Source: a virus. From it: DNA of 64,000 nt. Below are positions 1 through 8,761 of this stretch, piece after piece (the stretch's first letter is position 1; each line of letters opens with the position of its first letter). The notes beneath the pieces were generated by a model. That model was not told the DNA's origin. It made no database searches and worked only from the letters and a program-made list of their open reading frames with translations. The position numbers were made by a program, and so were the translations under genes. Location of the stretch: positions 212 to 64,211 of the IMG/VR virus record IMGVR_UViG_2667528172_000003; one strand, 5' to 3'.

Positions 1-227
1 ATCAAAATACTCTGATTGCTCGTCAGCGTATTGCGGGTGGTGAACGTCTTGCTGATCCCCGCTTTGGAGACATCGACCGCCGCCGTCATCTGCGTCGGGC
101 CAGACTCCAGCACTCGGCTCCCGGTACATCCCGGAATAAACTCTGGATAAGACTGAACGTCGTTCACTAACTGATACATTTGTTCCGCGCTGTATGGAAC
201 AAGCGCAGTACGGCTAATCTGAGGCAT
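1..227 (-). CDS. ratA: RatA/PasT (YfjG) ribosome-association toxin, N-terminal part (runs off window)
   Basis: Minus strand reads MPQISRTALVPYSAEQMYQLVNDVQSYPEFIPGC; canonical position divergent from smpB; alternative in-frame ATG at 239. Confidence 0.95.
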   Translation of the reverse strand, partial: MPQISRTALVPYSAEQMYQLVNDVQSYPEFIPGCTGSRVLESGPTQMTAAVDVSKAGISKTFTTRNTLTSNQSIL

Positions 228-383
228 AGCATTTCCCATGGTCACACAACCGACAAATAATAACATTTATCACCTGTTAAAAAAACGCTAAGCCTCATCT
301 CGTGCTAATATAGCGCGTTAGACCTCACAGGACGCAATGAGGTGACTTTTTGAAATCAGATTACCGATGGCTTTACGATACTT

Positions 384-866
384 ATGACGAAGAAAAAAGC
401 ACACAAACCAGGCTCGGCGACCATTGCGCTCAACAAGCGTGCTCGCCACGAGTATTTTATTGAAGAAGAATTCGAAGCTGGCCTTGCATTGCAGGGCTGG
501 GAAGTAAAATCGCTGCGCGCCGGGAAAGCCAATATCGGTGATAGTTACGTGATCCTGAAAGATGGCGAAGCCTTCCTGTTCGGTGCCAACTTCACGCCGC
601 TGACCGTCGCTTCGTCACACTACGTGTGTGACCCAACGCGTACCCGTAAGCTGCTGCTGAACAAGCGTGAACTGGAGTCCCTTTATGGGCGCATTAACCG
701 TGAAGGCTTCACCGTGGTTGCCCTGTCGCTGTACTGGAAAAATGCCTGGTGCAAAGTGAAAGTTGGCGTCGCGAAGGGTAAAAAACAGCACGACAAACGT
801 ACCGATCTGAAAGAGCGCGAATGGCAGCTCGACAAAGCACGTATTATGAAAAACGCAGGACGTTGA
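384..866 (+). CDS. smpB: SsrA-binding protein SmpB
   Basis: 160 aa, [33 protein letters not shown]; directly upstream of tmRNA. Confidence 0.99.
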   Translation: MTKKKAHKPGSATIALNKRARHEYFIEEEFEAGLALQGWEVKSLRAGKANIGDSYVILKDGEAFLFGANFTPLTVASSHYVCDPTRTRKLLLNKRELESLYGRINREGFTVVALSLYWKNAWCKVKVGVAKGKKQHDKRTDLKEREWQLDKARIMKNAGR

Positions 867-955
867 TTCTGCACACTTATTGTACTATTCAATAAGTTAG
901 CGTTCCGGGCTGGTATCCAGGATCTAAAATCTGGTATACTCAGTTCAACACTATT

Positions 956-1319
956 GGGGCTGATTCTGGATTCGACGGGATTTGCGAAACCCAAGGTGCA
1001 TGCCGAGGGGCGGTTTGCCTCGTAAAAAGCCGCAAAAAAATAGTCGCAAACGACGAAAACTACGCTTTAGCAGCTTAATAACCTGCTCTGAGCCCTCTCT
1101 CCCTAGCTTCCGCTCTTAAGACGGGGATTCAAGAGAGGTCAAACCCAAAAGAGATCGCGTGGAAGCCCTGCCTGGGGTTGAAGCGTTAAAACTAATCAGG
1201 CTAGTACGTTAGTGGCGTGTTTGTTCGCAGCTGGCGTGCGAATGTAAAGACAAACTAAGCATGTAGTACCGAGGATGTAGAAATTTCGGACGCGGGTTCA
1301 ACTCCCGCCAGCTCCACCA
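956..1319 (+). ncRNA. ssrA: tmRNA
   Basis: GGGGCTGATTCTGGATTCGAC 5' end, tag ORF ANDENYALAA* at 1046-1078, T-arm and CCACCA 3' end. Confidence 0.99.
1283..1319 (+). repeat. attL core (tmRNA 3' end)
   Basis: ATTTCGGACGCGGGTTCAACTCCCGCCAGCTCCACCA, repeated at 39120-39156 with one mismatch. Confidence 0.93.
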
Positions 1320-1411
1320 CTTTTGATAGGACTGCAACCGGACAGCGGCAATAAAAACAGCCACTTACGGACACTGACCAGACAGCAGGCAGACCGAGAA
1401 AAGACAAAAAT

Positions 1412-1431
1412 ATGCACGTGAAATGCACGTG
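1412..1431 (+). promoter_or_regulatory. Probable integrase arm-type sites (tandem ATGCACGTG, 11-bp period)
   Basis: ATGCACGTG at 1412 and 1423; same motif and spacing (ATGCACGTA, ATGCACTTG) at 39053/39064 beside attR. Confidence 0.6.
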
Positions 1432-1442
1432 CACTTTAAAAG

Positions 1443-1472
1443 AACCCCAGATTTCACGGTCTGGGGTTTTTC
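1443..1472 (+). terminator. Intrinsic terminator supplied downstream of ssrA by the prophage
   Basis: AACCCCAGA/TCTGGGGTT stem followed by T-run. Confidence 0.8.
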
Positions 1473-1525
1473 TATTTGTAACTAAGGGTAACAAAATCCC
1501 GTCCCCCTTTCGTGCTCCGCTCGCC

Positions 1526-1571
1526 TTGACACTGTTTATTTTTACAGTAAAAATACTGTATACAACCACAG
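1526..1571 (+). promoter_or_regulatory. TTGACA -35 plus two tandem LexA (SOS) boxes
   Basis: CTG-TTTATTTTTA-CAG (1532-1547) and CTG-TATACAACCA-CAG (1556-1571); TTGACA at 1526-1531. Confidence 0.85.
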
Positions 1572-1590
1572 TGGTTTTCCGGTGGCTTTT

Positions 1591-1857
1591 ATGTTCGTTG
1601 AACTGGTTTATGACAAACGCAATGTAGAGGGGCTCGAAGGGGCCAGGGAGATTATCCTGGCAGAGCTGACGAAGCGAGTGCACCAGATTTTCCCTGATGC
1701 CGAAGTAAGGGTGAAGCCGATGCAGGCGAACGGCCTGAATAGCGATGCCAGCAAAAGCGATCGGGAAAAGCTGAACCGCATGCTGGAGGATATGTTTGAA
1801 GAGGCCGATATGTGGCTTGTGTCTGGGCTCCCGAGCGTTCGCCAAGTTGGATTGTAA
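1591..1857 (+). CDS. DinI-like family protein (phage-encoded)
   Basis: MFVELVYDKRNVEGLEGAREIILAELTKRVHQIFPDAEVRVKPMQANGL typical of DinI/MsgA-like proteins; LexA boxes upstream. Confidence 0.85.
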   Translation: MFVELVYDKRNVEGLEGAREIILAELTKRVHQIFPDAEVRVKPMQANGLNSDASKSDREKLNRMLEDMFEEADMWLVSGLPSVRQVGL

Positions 1858-2059
1858 TGTAGTGCGGGCTGCCAGGCATTATGCTGGTGGCCTACCCTGA
1901 GATTATCCATTAACCAAGCTTAATACGGAGTACTAACCAAGAACATTCTAAATTTCTTAAAATGTGATACAGTAAGGTTAATCAATAGCCATGGAAGAAT
2001 CTGTTTGCGACAAATTAAAAAACAACTCTTCCATAATATAATCACAGGATTGGGGCACA

Positions 2060-3094
2060 ATGGTTCGCCTAGGATATATAGACTATATTAAATCTTTTGC
2101 AATCTTACTCGTTCTATTAACACATGCGCATGAGCTTGCAGTAATAAAGTCAGTCCCTATGACTAGCATTTTATACTCAATTGATAGAATGGGAGTTCCA
2201 TTATTTTTAATGGCCTCTGGCATTCTAATGCTTGACAAAGCTAAAGATAAAGGATTGGGAATATTCAAGTCAAAGAGATTATATCAATTTATTATCCTGT
2301 TAATAATTTATAGCATTCTCACGAATACTATAACGTATCACTTAAATATAGGTTATAGTTGGTTTAATTCTTTCAGCCTTGCTTTGGAATTCAATAATGT
2401 TTTACTTTATGGGAAAACTGGGAGTGCGGTCCATCTCTGGTATATGTTCCTTTTTATACCTTTATACATTTTATCTCCTTATATTAGTAAAATGGTATCT
2501 TCATGTTCTGACCGGGAATTACTTGTATTCATTGTCATATGTGTAGTACTCAATCAAGGAGCCACTTCTTACGATGCATTAATGGGTGAAGCAACATTCA
2601 TAAATCATTTTTACAAGGATATGACTGGCGCGTGTGTAAGTTTCTTTATATTCGGTTACTGGTACTGCCGCAAATTTAATACACCGAAGATACAGATAAA
2701 TAATATATTAATTGGCTCTTTTTTATGTGTTTTGACGCTTTATATAAAATTTACTTTGGAAATTGAACAAGGTAAAATACTTGGTGTTTTAAACTGGTAT
2801 AATTCATCAATAACTATAGCTATATCAAGCTTTGGTTTTTTTATTGTTTTTTATGAATTAACAAAAAACCTTAAACCATCAAAAACAATTACTTTTATTT
2901 CCAAATTTTCATTTGGAACTTACTTATTCCATTATGGGATATTATTAGTATCAGCAAAGTATTTAAACACCACCCTTATAACATTAAACCCAATAGAAAG
3001 AACCGTTTGTTTATTCTTTATATCCTTATCATCATTTCCTATATGTTATTTACTCTCAAAAATAAAAATAACAAAATGGCTGACTGGAGGGTAA
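2060..3094 (+). CDS. Acyltransferase-3 family membrane protein (OafA/Oac-like), AT-rich moron
   Basis: N-terminal R..YID..KSFAILLVLLTH, GVPLF.M.SG, HLWY.F motifs; ~10 hydrophobic segments. Confidence 0.85.
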   Translation: MVRLGYIDYIKSFAILLVLLTHAHELAVIKSVPMTSILYSIDRMGVPLFLMASGILMLDKAKDKGLGIFKSKRLYQFIILLIIYSILTNTITYHLNIGYSWFNSFSLALEFNNVLLYGKTGSAVHLWYMFLFIPLYILSPYISKMVSSCSDRELLVFIVICVVLNQGATSYDALMGEATFINHFYKDMTGACVSFFIFGYWYCRKFNTPKIQINNILIGSFLCVLTLYIKFTLEIEQGKILGVLNWYNSSITIAISSFGFFIVFYELTKNLKPSKTITFISKFSFGTYLFHYGILLVSAKYLNTTLITLNPIERTVCLFFISLSSFPICYLLSKIKITKWLTGG

Positions 3095-3100
3095 ATAATT

Positions 3101-3134
3101 AAATGACAGGCCATTAATTTCTGGCCTGTCATTT
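3101..3134. terminator. Bidirectional terminator between convergent acyltransferase and tail genes
   Basis: 13-bp inverted repeat AAATGACAGGCCA / TGGCCTGTCATTT, 8-nt loop. Confidence 0.75.
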
Positions 3135-3136
3135 GA

Positions 3137-3562
3137 TTAAGCTATGATCTGTATAAATTCAGGCCAAACAATATCGGGGGCGGTAGAAGTATCAACCGAT
3201 TCCAGTTCATCCAGATAATCAAGCCAGGTGTTATATTGTGCTAGTTCGTCATCTTTCAGACGTCCAATTACCGCCTTTCCGGGCCATTGTTTATCATTCA
3301 TATACGTGTTAACTTGACCAATTAAAACCTGTTTTTGCGCATTAGCTGCTGCAACTTCCTCTTCATGAGTCATTGGCGGAGCATCAACCCACATCGGCAT
3401 ACCTGAACTATCAGCCCCTAAAATCTTGCCATCAGGCCAAGATACTCCAGCAAACGAATCATAAATTTCTTGTGTAATCTCAACTGAATCGTCGGGTATA
3501 ACAGAGTTATATTGCGTATCGTAAAAACCATTATTTAATGAATTAAAAAATAGTTTATTCAT
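3137..3562 (-). CDS. Tail fibre assembly chaperone (Tfa-like)
   Basis: C-terminal WLDYLDELESVDTSTAPDIVWP motif; ATGA overlap with fibre stop. Confidence 0.85.
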   Translation of the reverse strand: MNKLFFNSLNNGFYDTQYNSVIPDDSVEITQEIYDSFAGVSWPDGKILGADSSGMPMWVDAPPMTHEEEVAAANAQKQVLIGQVNTYMNDKQWPGKAVIGRLKDDELAQYNTWLDYLDELESVDTSTAPDIVWPEFIQIIA

Positions 3563-4188
3563 GCCAAATACCCCATTGCTAAAATTGCCCCGCTTGCTGC
3601 TGTTGCAGCAACGCCACTCGATGCTGTCATTACCGATCTGCATACGACGGTTGACTCTGTTGTGCTAGCTAAATCAATACCCCATGATGTTGCCCGGCTA
3701 CCATTCCAAACCGTACTCGAAGCGCCAATTTCAACAGCACAAGAAAATACTGGTTTACCAGAAAATGCTACAGGAAATGATGCAGTTCCAACCCCTGAGC
3801 TCCCCGTCGATATGGGTAACCACTGGATACAAAAGTTAGTAGTTCCGGCTCCGCCCCCAAATGCAGGGATCACCAATCTCCCAGATGTGGCCCCAATAGC
3901 TTGGGGTGCGCCTACTAAACCTAAATTTTTATTCAGCGCATTCGTGAATTTTGTCACCAACCCGTTAACATCTGCATTATCCAGCGCATCCACACCAGAG
4001 TTCGCAATGAATTGCCCCACCAGCGCGGCAATCGTCGTCGACTGACGAAGTGCTTTGTTTACCTGGGCGCTGGCCGCCTTCCCAGCGGTAAAGCCAGACA
4101 GCAAAGCCGGGAGCGCCTCCCAGTCAGCCTGTGGCGTAACGTTAGCGTTAGGATCAAGCGCGAACGCTTTAAAGTTATTTGTTGCCAT
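3559..4188 (-). CDS. Short tail fibre-like protein (209 aa)
   Basis: MATNNFKAFA baseplate-attachment N-terminus; C-terminal IQW...FPVAF...A.G module typical of fibre tips; position between baseplate and tfa. Confidence 0.7.
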   Translation of the reverse strand: MATNNFKAFALDPNANVTPQADWEALPALLSGFTAGKAASAQVNKALRQSTTIAALVGQFIANSGVDALDNADVNGLVTKFTNALNKNLGLVGAPQAIGATSGRLVIPAFGGGAGTTNFCIQWLPISTGSSGVGTASFPVAFSGKPVFSCAVEIGASSTVWNGSRATSWGIDLASTTESTVVCRSVMTASSGVAATAASGAILAMGYLA

Positions 4189-4868
4189 TAGAGTAAAGTC
4201 CCCCATGCTCCTACATCGAACCCGCCGATGTATTCGTTATCTAAATCAAACCCAAAGAATTTTGAGCCCTCGGATGGTGTTTCTACCGAAGGCGTTTCAA
4301 CATCACCGGCCCATACGCCAGCTGCTTTAACGGTCAGATAGCCCTGTTTGATAGCGGCGATCAGTTCGAGCGACACATCAGCAATATCAGTCTCGGGGAA
4401 TACCCAGACCGAAATCGTCATGTCCTGGTTGTCGACGATCTGCATCTTCAGGCCAGAGCCTGCAGTCGCAGCGTCAAGGATGGGCGGCAGAGAGTCGTTG
4501 CGGCCGTCCCAGTTGTTGATAGCGATTTTTGCTTTCAGAATGATGCGGTAGGTGTCATCGCTCAGCGACGTATAGCCTGAATCCGGATCATACGGCCCTT
4601 GCCAGACGCCCTGGTCATATCCGAGCCCGTCGGTGTCCCAGCTGAAATAAACCCCTGTAATGGGCTGGCTGACTATACGGCTACGTCCGATCCAGAGCCC
4701 GAGGGTATCAAGCTGGACGCCAACCGCCGTATCAATGTCAAATGCGCTAACCAGCCCCCGGGTGGCTGATGTGATGTCAATCAGCGGCCGGGTGCTCAGG
4801 TCGATGTGATCAAAGTATTTCGGTCTGGTGGCGTGGTAGTTGGTGATTAAATCTGTGTACTTGCTCAT
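4188..4868 (-). CDS. Baseplate wedge protein (DUF2612-like)
   Basis: AVGVQLDTLGLWIGRSR and LSDDTYRIILKAKIAINNWDG motifs; follows baseplate J. Confidence 0.8.
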   Translation of the reverse strand: MSKYTDLITNYHATRPKYFDHIDLSTRPLIDITSATRGLVSAFDIDTAVGVQLDTLGLWIGRSRIVSQPITGVYFSWDTDGLGYDQGVWQGPYDPDSGYTSLSDDTYRIILKAKIAINNWDGRNDSLPPILDAATAGSGLKMQIVDNQDMTISVWVFPETDIADVSLELIAAIKQGYLTVKAAGVWAGDVETPSVETPSEGSKFFGFDLDNEYIGGFDVGAWGTLL

Positions 4869-6064
4869 GACGTCACCGTTAGAACAATATTTTCCGGCTT
4901 ACAGGACGCTGATTCGTTGTAGGCAATATTGATGTTAGCCGCCGCTACCGTTCCGGCAGATTTGCCAATCAGCAGCTCCTGAATATCGTAATAGCGTGCA
5001 CTGCCACCACTCACCACTCCGAGGTTCGCCGGGGAGTAAATGCGGCTCAGCAGAACAGAATCACCGATCGTCAGCCCGTTGATGTAATCCGCGACGGCCT
5101 GCTGAATCTGTACGCCAATTTGCGACGTGTAGCCCGTAAAGGCTTTCAGTGTGATATGCCCGAAAATCGGGACATCAGTCGAGCGCGAAAAACTGATCAC
5201 GTGTGGATTGCCGTAAGTGTCCGGTACCGTGACAGAGGTCGTCCCGTAGGTCGCCGTTCCCTGCCCTTTATTACCCCGGATAGTCTGGGCAATGTCGGTC
5301 ACGTCCCCGCCATCCACGATGGCCGAGATAGAATGTGGCGGCAGCCCGTTACTATCGGTAGCGCCAGTATCATTCTCGTAGAGCTTGTGACGTGTCACGC
5401 CAGCAACGTTAGCAATCGCACCGTCGACGCCCTCAAACGGCGTGATAGAGGGTAGCGCGACGCTCTGCCCCTGCCTGATGCGCAACTCTGCGTCGGTTTC
5501 TGCCGGTGCGCCTACGGTGGCCGCTGCCGGGTTTGTTGCCGATGTCCAGCCTCGGGTCGGCGTGTTGATGGTAGTAATTGTCCCCGCCAGCGCTGCGACC
5601 GCGCCGCTGTTTGAGCAGGTGGCAGTGGCCGTCACCGTACCGTCAACGCCAATCACTACCGAGGCAGGAAGACGCCAGATCACGTTATTAGTGTCTTTCA
5701 CGGTACCGTTCGTGATGGTTGTTCCTGCGGTGCCGGTGAGCAGCAGATCCACGGTGGAGTTCGTCGCCCCTTTGCGCGCGATACCGTTAATTTTCACGTT
5801 ACTGGTCAGCGCTGCGCCGTAACCCGTAGCAGGTGAGAAGCAGTTGTAAACAGTAATGGCCGTGTTATTGGCATCGTGAATAGCCAGCGCCACCAGCGCC
5901 ACCATCTGGCCGTCTTTGCTGTCCGGCTCCAGATAAGCGTCACTGCCGTAAATCTGCTGGAAATAGCTTGTCAGGGTATCGAGTATCGTCTGGTAATCAG
6001 GCGCGCTGATCCCCTCAGCGGTTACCGTTGCCGATAAGCCGAGTGTGTCCAAATTGAGGGCCAT
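4865..6064 (-). CDS. Baseplate J/gp47-like protein
   Basis: 399 aa; G...ETDAELR.R and AI.NV.GV motifs. Confidence 0.88.
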   Translation of the reverse strand: MALNLDTLGLSATVTAEGISAPDYQTILDTLTSYFQQIYGSDAYLEPDSKDGQMVALVALAIHDANNTAITVYNCFSPATGYGAALTSNVKINGIARKGATNSTVDLLLTGTAGTTITNGTVKDTNNVIWRLPASVVIGVDGTVTATATCSNSGAVAALAGTITTINTPTRGWTSATNPAAATVGAPAETDAELRIRQGQSVALPSITPFEGVDGAIANVAGVTRHKLYENDTGATDSNGLPPHSISAIVDGGDVTDIAQTIRGNKGQGTATYGTTSVTVPDTYGNPHVISFSRSTDVPIFGHITLKAFTGYTSQIGVQIQQAVADYINGLTIGDSVLLSRIYSPANLGVVSGGSARYYDIQELLIGKSAGTVAAANINIAYNESASCKPENIVLTVTS

Positions 6065-6418
6065 TTATGCCTCGCTGGTTACTGTCGTTGTTCCGTAGAT
6101 AGTGTCGATCTCAGCGAAGAACTGGACGCGGCGCGTCGTCGTGTTCACTGTCGTATTGAAAGAGAGAATGGATTTAACGCCCCGCGTTTCGAGAATGCGC
6201 TTACGAATCGCCAGGTTGTAGGTTTCCGGCTTCTGCTTACCGAGTACGGACTGAATCCACGGTGTCCCCTCTGTGGTGTCGAGAAACCACTGCCCATACC
6301 ACAATTCGAATCGCGTTTTCACAGCCTGCGCGACGGCCTCCGGTGAGTTAATCAGCCAGGTATCATCGCCGCTGCCAAAAGTGTAATCGCCGTCGTCGTC
6401 CTCACGTCGGTATCGCAT
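6065..6418 (-). CDS. Baseplate wedge subunit (gp25/gp46-like)
   Basis: AVAQAVKTRFELWYGQWFLDTTEG.PW; synteny before baseplate J. Confidence 0.7.
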   Translation of the reverse strand: MRYRREDDDGDYTFGSGDDTWLINSPEAVAQAVKTRFELWYGQWFLDTTEGTPWIQSVLGKQKPETYNLAIRKRILETRGVKSILSFNTTVNTTTRRVQFFAEIDTIYGTTTVTSEA

Positions 6419-6420
6419 AA

Positions 6421-7074
6421 TTACCCTCCCAGAGGTTTTGTATTGCTGCCGCCGCTTTCAACGCCGCCATGCGTATGCTTATCAACGATTGATCCATCCA
6501 CCAGCTGCAGGCGGCCGTCAGGCAGAATTTTCAGGCCGTTGAGGTTGAAACCTCCCGGCGCGGTACCTGCTATCGCCCCACTTGAAGGATTAAGGCTCAG
6601 TTTGGTTCCGCCATCATCGCTACGCAACTCAACCGCGCTGGTACTGATACCGCTGATTTTCTGCGCCTGCGACTGCGGCCCGACGATACAGAACGCATCC
6701 GATAAATCATGCACCCGGTCGTCGACAGGCTCCTGTACCCCGCCGTTCTGCCACCAGAAATCGATGCAGCGATCGGCAAAAATCACCAGGCATTCATCGC
6801 CGGCTTTCACCGGGAAAGTTAACGTGCAGCCGCCGCCGCGCGGAAATATCACCGGCACATCCACCAGCAGCGGGTAATTTTTGGTAACGCGATTGCCGTC
6901 GTTATCCGTTTCAACCGAACGGATAGCAGGCTGCACAACCGCCGTCACCGCGCCGGGATCGAATGACTGAACAATGCCAGGCAAAGCGACGCGGAGCTGG
7001 TTCTTTGTTGTGTCCCGCTCAGATTTGAATGTTTCGGCGAGGTCGCCGCTTCGGGTCTGGTCAGATACTGCCAT
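6421..7074 (-). CDS. Baseplate spike / Gp138-like membrane-puncturing protein
   Basis: PLL.DVPV.FPRGGG OB-fold, DGRxHDLSDAF motif, C-terminal HTHGGV metal-binding tip. Confidence 0.85.
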   Translation of the reverse strand: MAVSDQTRSGDLAETFKSERDTTKNQLRVALPGIVQSFDPGAVTAVVQPAIRSVETDNDGNRVTKNYPLLVDVPVIFPRGGGCTLTFPVKAGDECLVIFADRCIDFWWQNGGVQEPVDDRVHDLSDAFCIVGPQSQAQKISGISTSAVELRSDDGGTKLSLNPSSGAIAGTAPGGFNLNGLKILPDGRLQLVDGSIVDKHTHGGVESGGSNTKPLGG

Positions 7075-7093
7075 TTGGTAGGCTCCAGAAAGC

Positions 7094-7119
7094 AAAAAAC
7101 CCGCCGGGTGGCGGGTTTT
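7094..7119 (-). terminator. Intrinsic terminator ending the HEPN moron inside the tail operon
   Basis: Minus strand AAAACCCGCC-ACCC-GGCGGGTTTTTT. Confidence 0.8.
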
Positions 7120-7138
7120 GCTAATTCACTGAATGAGT

Positions 7139-7534
7139 TTAAACAGCTTCGTCAGTCTTCATTTTTTCCCACTGAGAAAAAATAGTCTTAACCTCTAAGA
7201 GAGATTGCTGTGCCATTGCTTTATCAATTGCACAGCTAGTGAGGTCATAATCAGCTTCATTTCGAGCCAATCTCTGTTGCTCAAGTTTGTAAGCCATGGA
7301 TTTTAGGCTTAATGGATCATATGGCTCCAGTTTGTTTTCACTCTTATTTTTAAGATAAGAGATAAGGCTGGAATGATGATCCTTCGTATAAGCAGGAAGA
7401 CTGGTCAGATTCTCTTTTATTTCATGGTAAAGCGCATAATATGCCCGCGAAATAGTATTACGATAACCAACCTCAGAATCTTCCGCAAAGCAACGCTCCG
7501 CAGAAGATAAAAATTCAGAGCTAGTTATAGGCAT
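7139..7534 (-). CDS. HEPN-domain protein (131 aa)
   Basis: RNTISRAYYALYH and QRLARNEADY motifs characteristic of HEPN of the MNT-HEPN class. Confidence 0.75.
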   Translation of the reverse strand: MPITSSEFLSSAERCFAEDSEVGYRNTISRAYYALYHEIKENLTSLPAYTKDHHSSLISYLKNKSENKLEPYDPLSLKSMAYKLEQQRLARNEADYDLTSCAIDKAMAQQSLLEVKTIFSQWEKMKTDEAV

Positions 7535-8291
7535 ATTTACACCCTTTCAAGCTATTTCTTTCAACGGAAAAACGTGCAATAAGATTGCAATCATCCAGTA
7601 AATCGATTGAACAAATTTCATCTGCAAGTCGCATATTCATTGCAACCACCTGCTCAGGGGATGCATTGACTACCTCAACCAGATAAGTCCCACCTGATGC
7701 ACCGTTGATGTCAGCACGATATTCAGTTGGCGGGAATTCAGCCATAACTCTATGAACAGCAAGAGCAACTTGCATGTATTGTTCTGAAGAGCAACCTGAC
7801 TTTTTGTATGCTTCATCCATATCGTGAATTACCTCCTGCAAGAAGGCTTCTGCGTCATCCCTATGTTCTTCTTGGGATAACATTTTGCAATGACGTCCAA
7901 AATATTCTACGCATTTTGATAGTTTCCCTACCAAATATGCAACGCCACCAGCCCTGTAAGTAAACCACTTGGTTGGATACTTATCAGCTAAAGAATAGAT
8001 GTAGTAGTCCGATTTTTCGAGTAGAGAAAAACGCTCAAGCAGCTTACAAAAAATCCGCGCAAAGTTAACGTCAGCATGTGGGAGGATAGCTTCAAGCATT
8101 TCTATCCCGACACTCACCTCACCTTTTGCAATATGAGCCAAAGCTACAAGCGTGTCAGCAGGCGGAGTATGCTTAGAGCCATACTCCGAAACCACCTCTC
8201 GAAAGGTCCAAATATCAAGAGGTTGACCACTATTGATTATCTTAACCAACTGGTCAAAACGCTCTTCCGCTTTCAGTTTTGGTCTTGCCAC
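7521..8291 (-). CDS. Hypothetical protein (256 aa), helical/TPR-like N-terminus, alpha/beta C-terminus; overlaps the HEPN gene start
   Basis: Long AT-rich ORF, GTG start, 14-nt overlap with HEPN ATG; own promoter upstream. Confidence 0.75.
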   Translation of the reverse strand: MARPKLKAEERFDQLVKIINSGQPLDIWTFREVVSEYGSKHTPPADTLVALAHIAKGEVSVGIEMLEAILPHADVNFARIFCKLLERFSLLEKSDYYIYSLADKYPTKWFTYRAGGVAYLVGKLSKCVEYFGRHCKMLSQEEHRDDAEAFLQEVIHDMDEAYKKSGCSSEQYMQVALAVHRVMAEFPPTEYRADINGASGGTYLVEVVNASPEQVVAMNMRLADEICSIDLLDDCNLIARFSVERNSLKGCKYAYN

Positions 8292-8320
8292 AGTACGCTC
8301 GCTACTTATCTTTTGGTTGA

Positions 8321-8350
8321 ATTTTATGTTCGCGTATACAGTTTAGTCAA
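8321..8350 (-). promoter_or_regulatory. Putative sigma70 promoter of the helical-protein/HEPN moron
   Basis: TTGACT-N18-TAAAAT on minus strand, ~30 nt upstream of start. Confidence 0.6.
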
Positions 8351-8411
8351 TCCGAAGCTCATGCCGCTGAGCCGTTTCGCACAAAATCATCCATGCAAAA
8401 GGGATTGGACT

Positions 8412-8759
8412 TCAACCTGGCACTTTCTTACACGGAAAAGATCCGATGATTCTCGGCGCGTCCATGCTGTTCTGAAGCAGTTGGACGTTCAGGAAACGCT
8501 TTTCGGTGCCTGGGCGATGGATATACTCAAACCCATAGTTGTTGCCATCTTTAGCAGGCATCAGTCCCATTTTGATTTGCATGCCTGTACCGTCTTTGCC
8601 CAGCATCTTAACTTTTTGGGATGTTACGGTTTCGCCATTAATTTTAAACAATGAGTCAGGGATCGCGTCCATACGAAAATTACCACATTGCATCGTTATG
8701 GTGTTTGCACTTGCGCCAACAGACGCTAACGCCAGTAATGAAAAAATCCATCGTTTCAT
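8412..8759 (-). CDS. Small secreted/periplasmic protein (115 aa, signal peptide, two Cys)
   Basis: MKRWIFSLLALASVGASA signal peptide; RBS GAGGGG; follows tail gene stop. Confidence 0.75.
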   Translation of the reverse strand: MKRWIFSLLALASVGASANTITMQCGNFRMDAIPDSLFKINGETVTSQKVKMLGKDGTGMQIKMGLMPAKDGNNYGFEYIHRPGTEKRFLNVQLLQNSMDAPRIIGSFPCKKVPG

Positions 8760-8761
8760 TT

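Noticed and set aside
3137-4188. Possible invertible tail-fibre cassette
   Set aside because: Single fibre/tfa pair, no invertase and no flanking inverted crossover sites seen.
8326-8341. LexA-like box in the HEPN moron promoter (CTG-TATACGCGAA-CAT)
   Set aside because: The invariant CAG is CAT; too weak to call without binding data.
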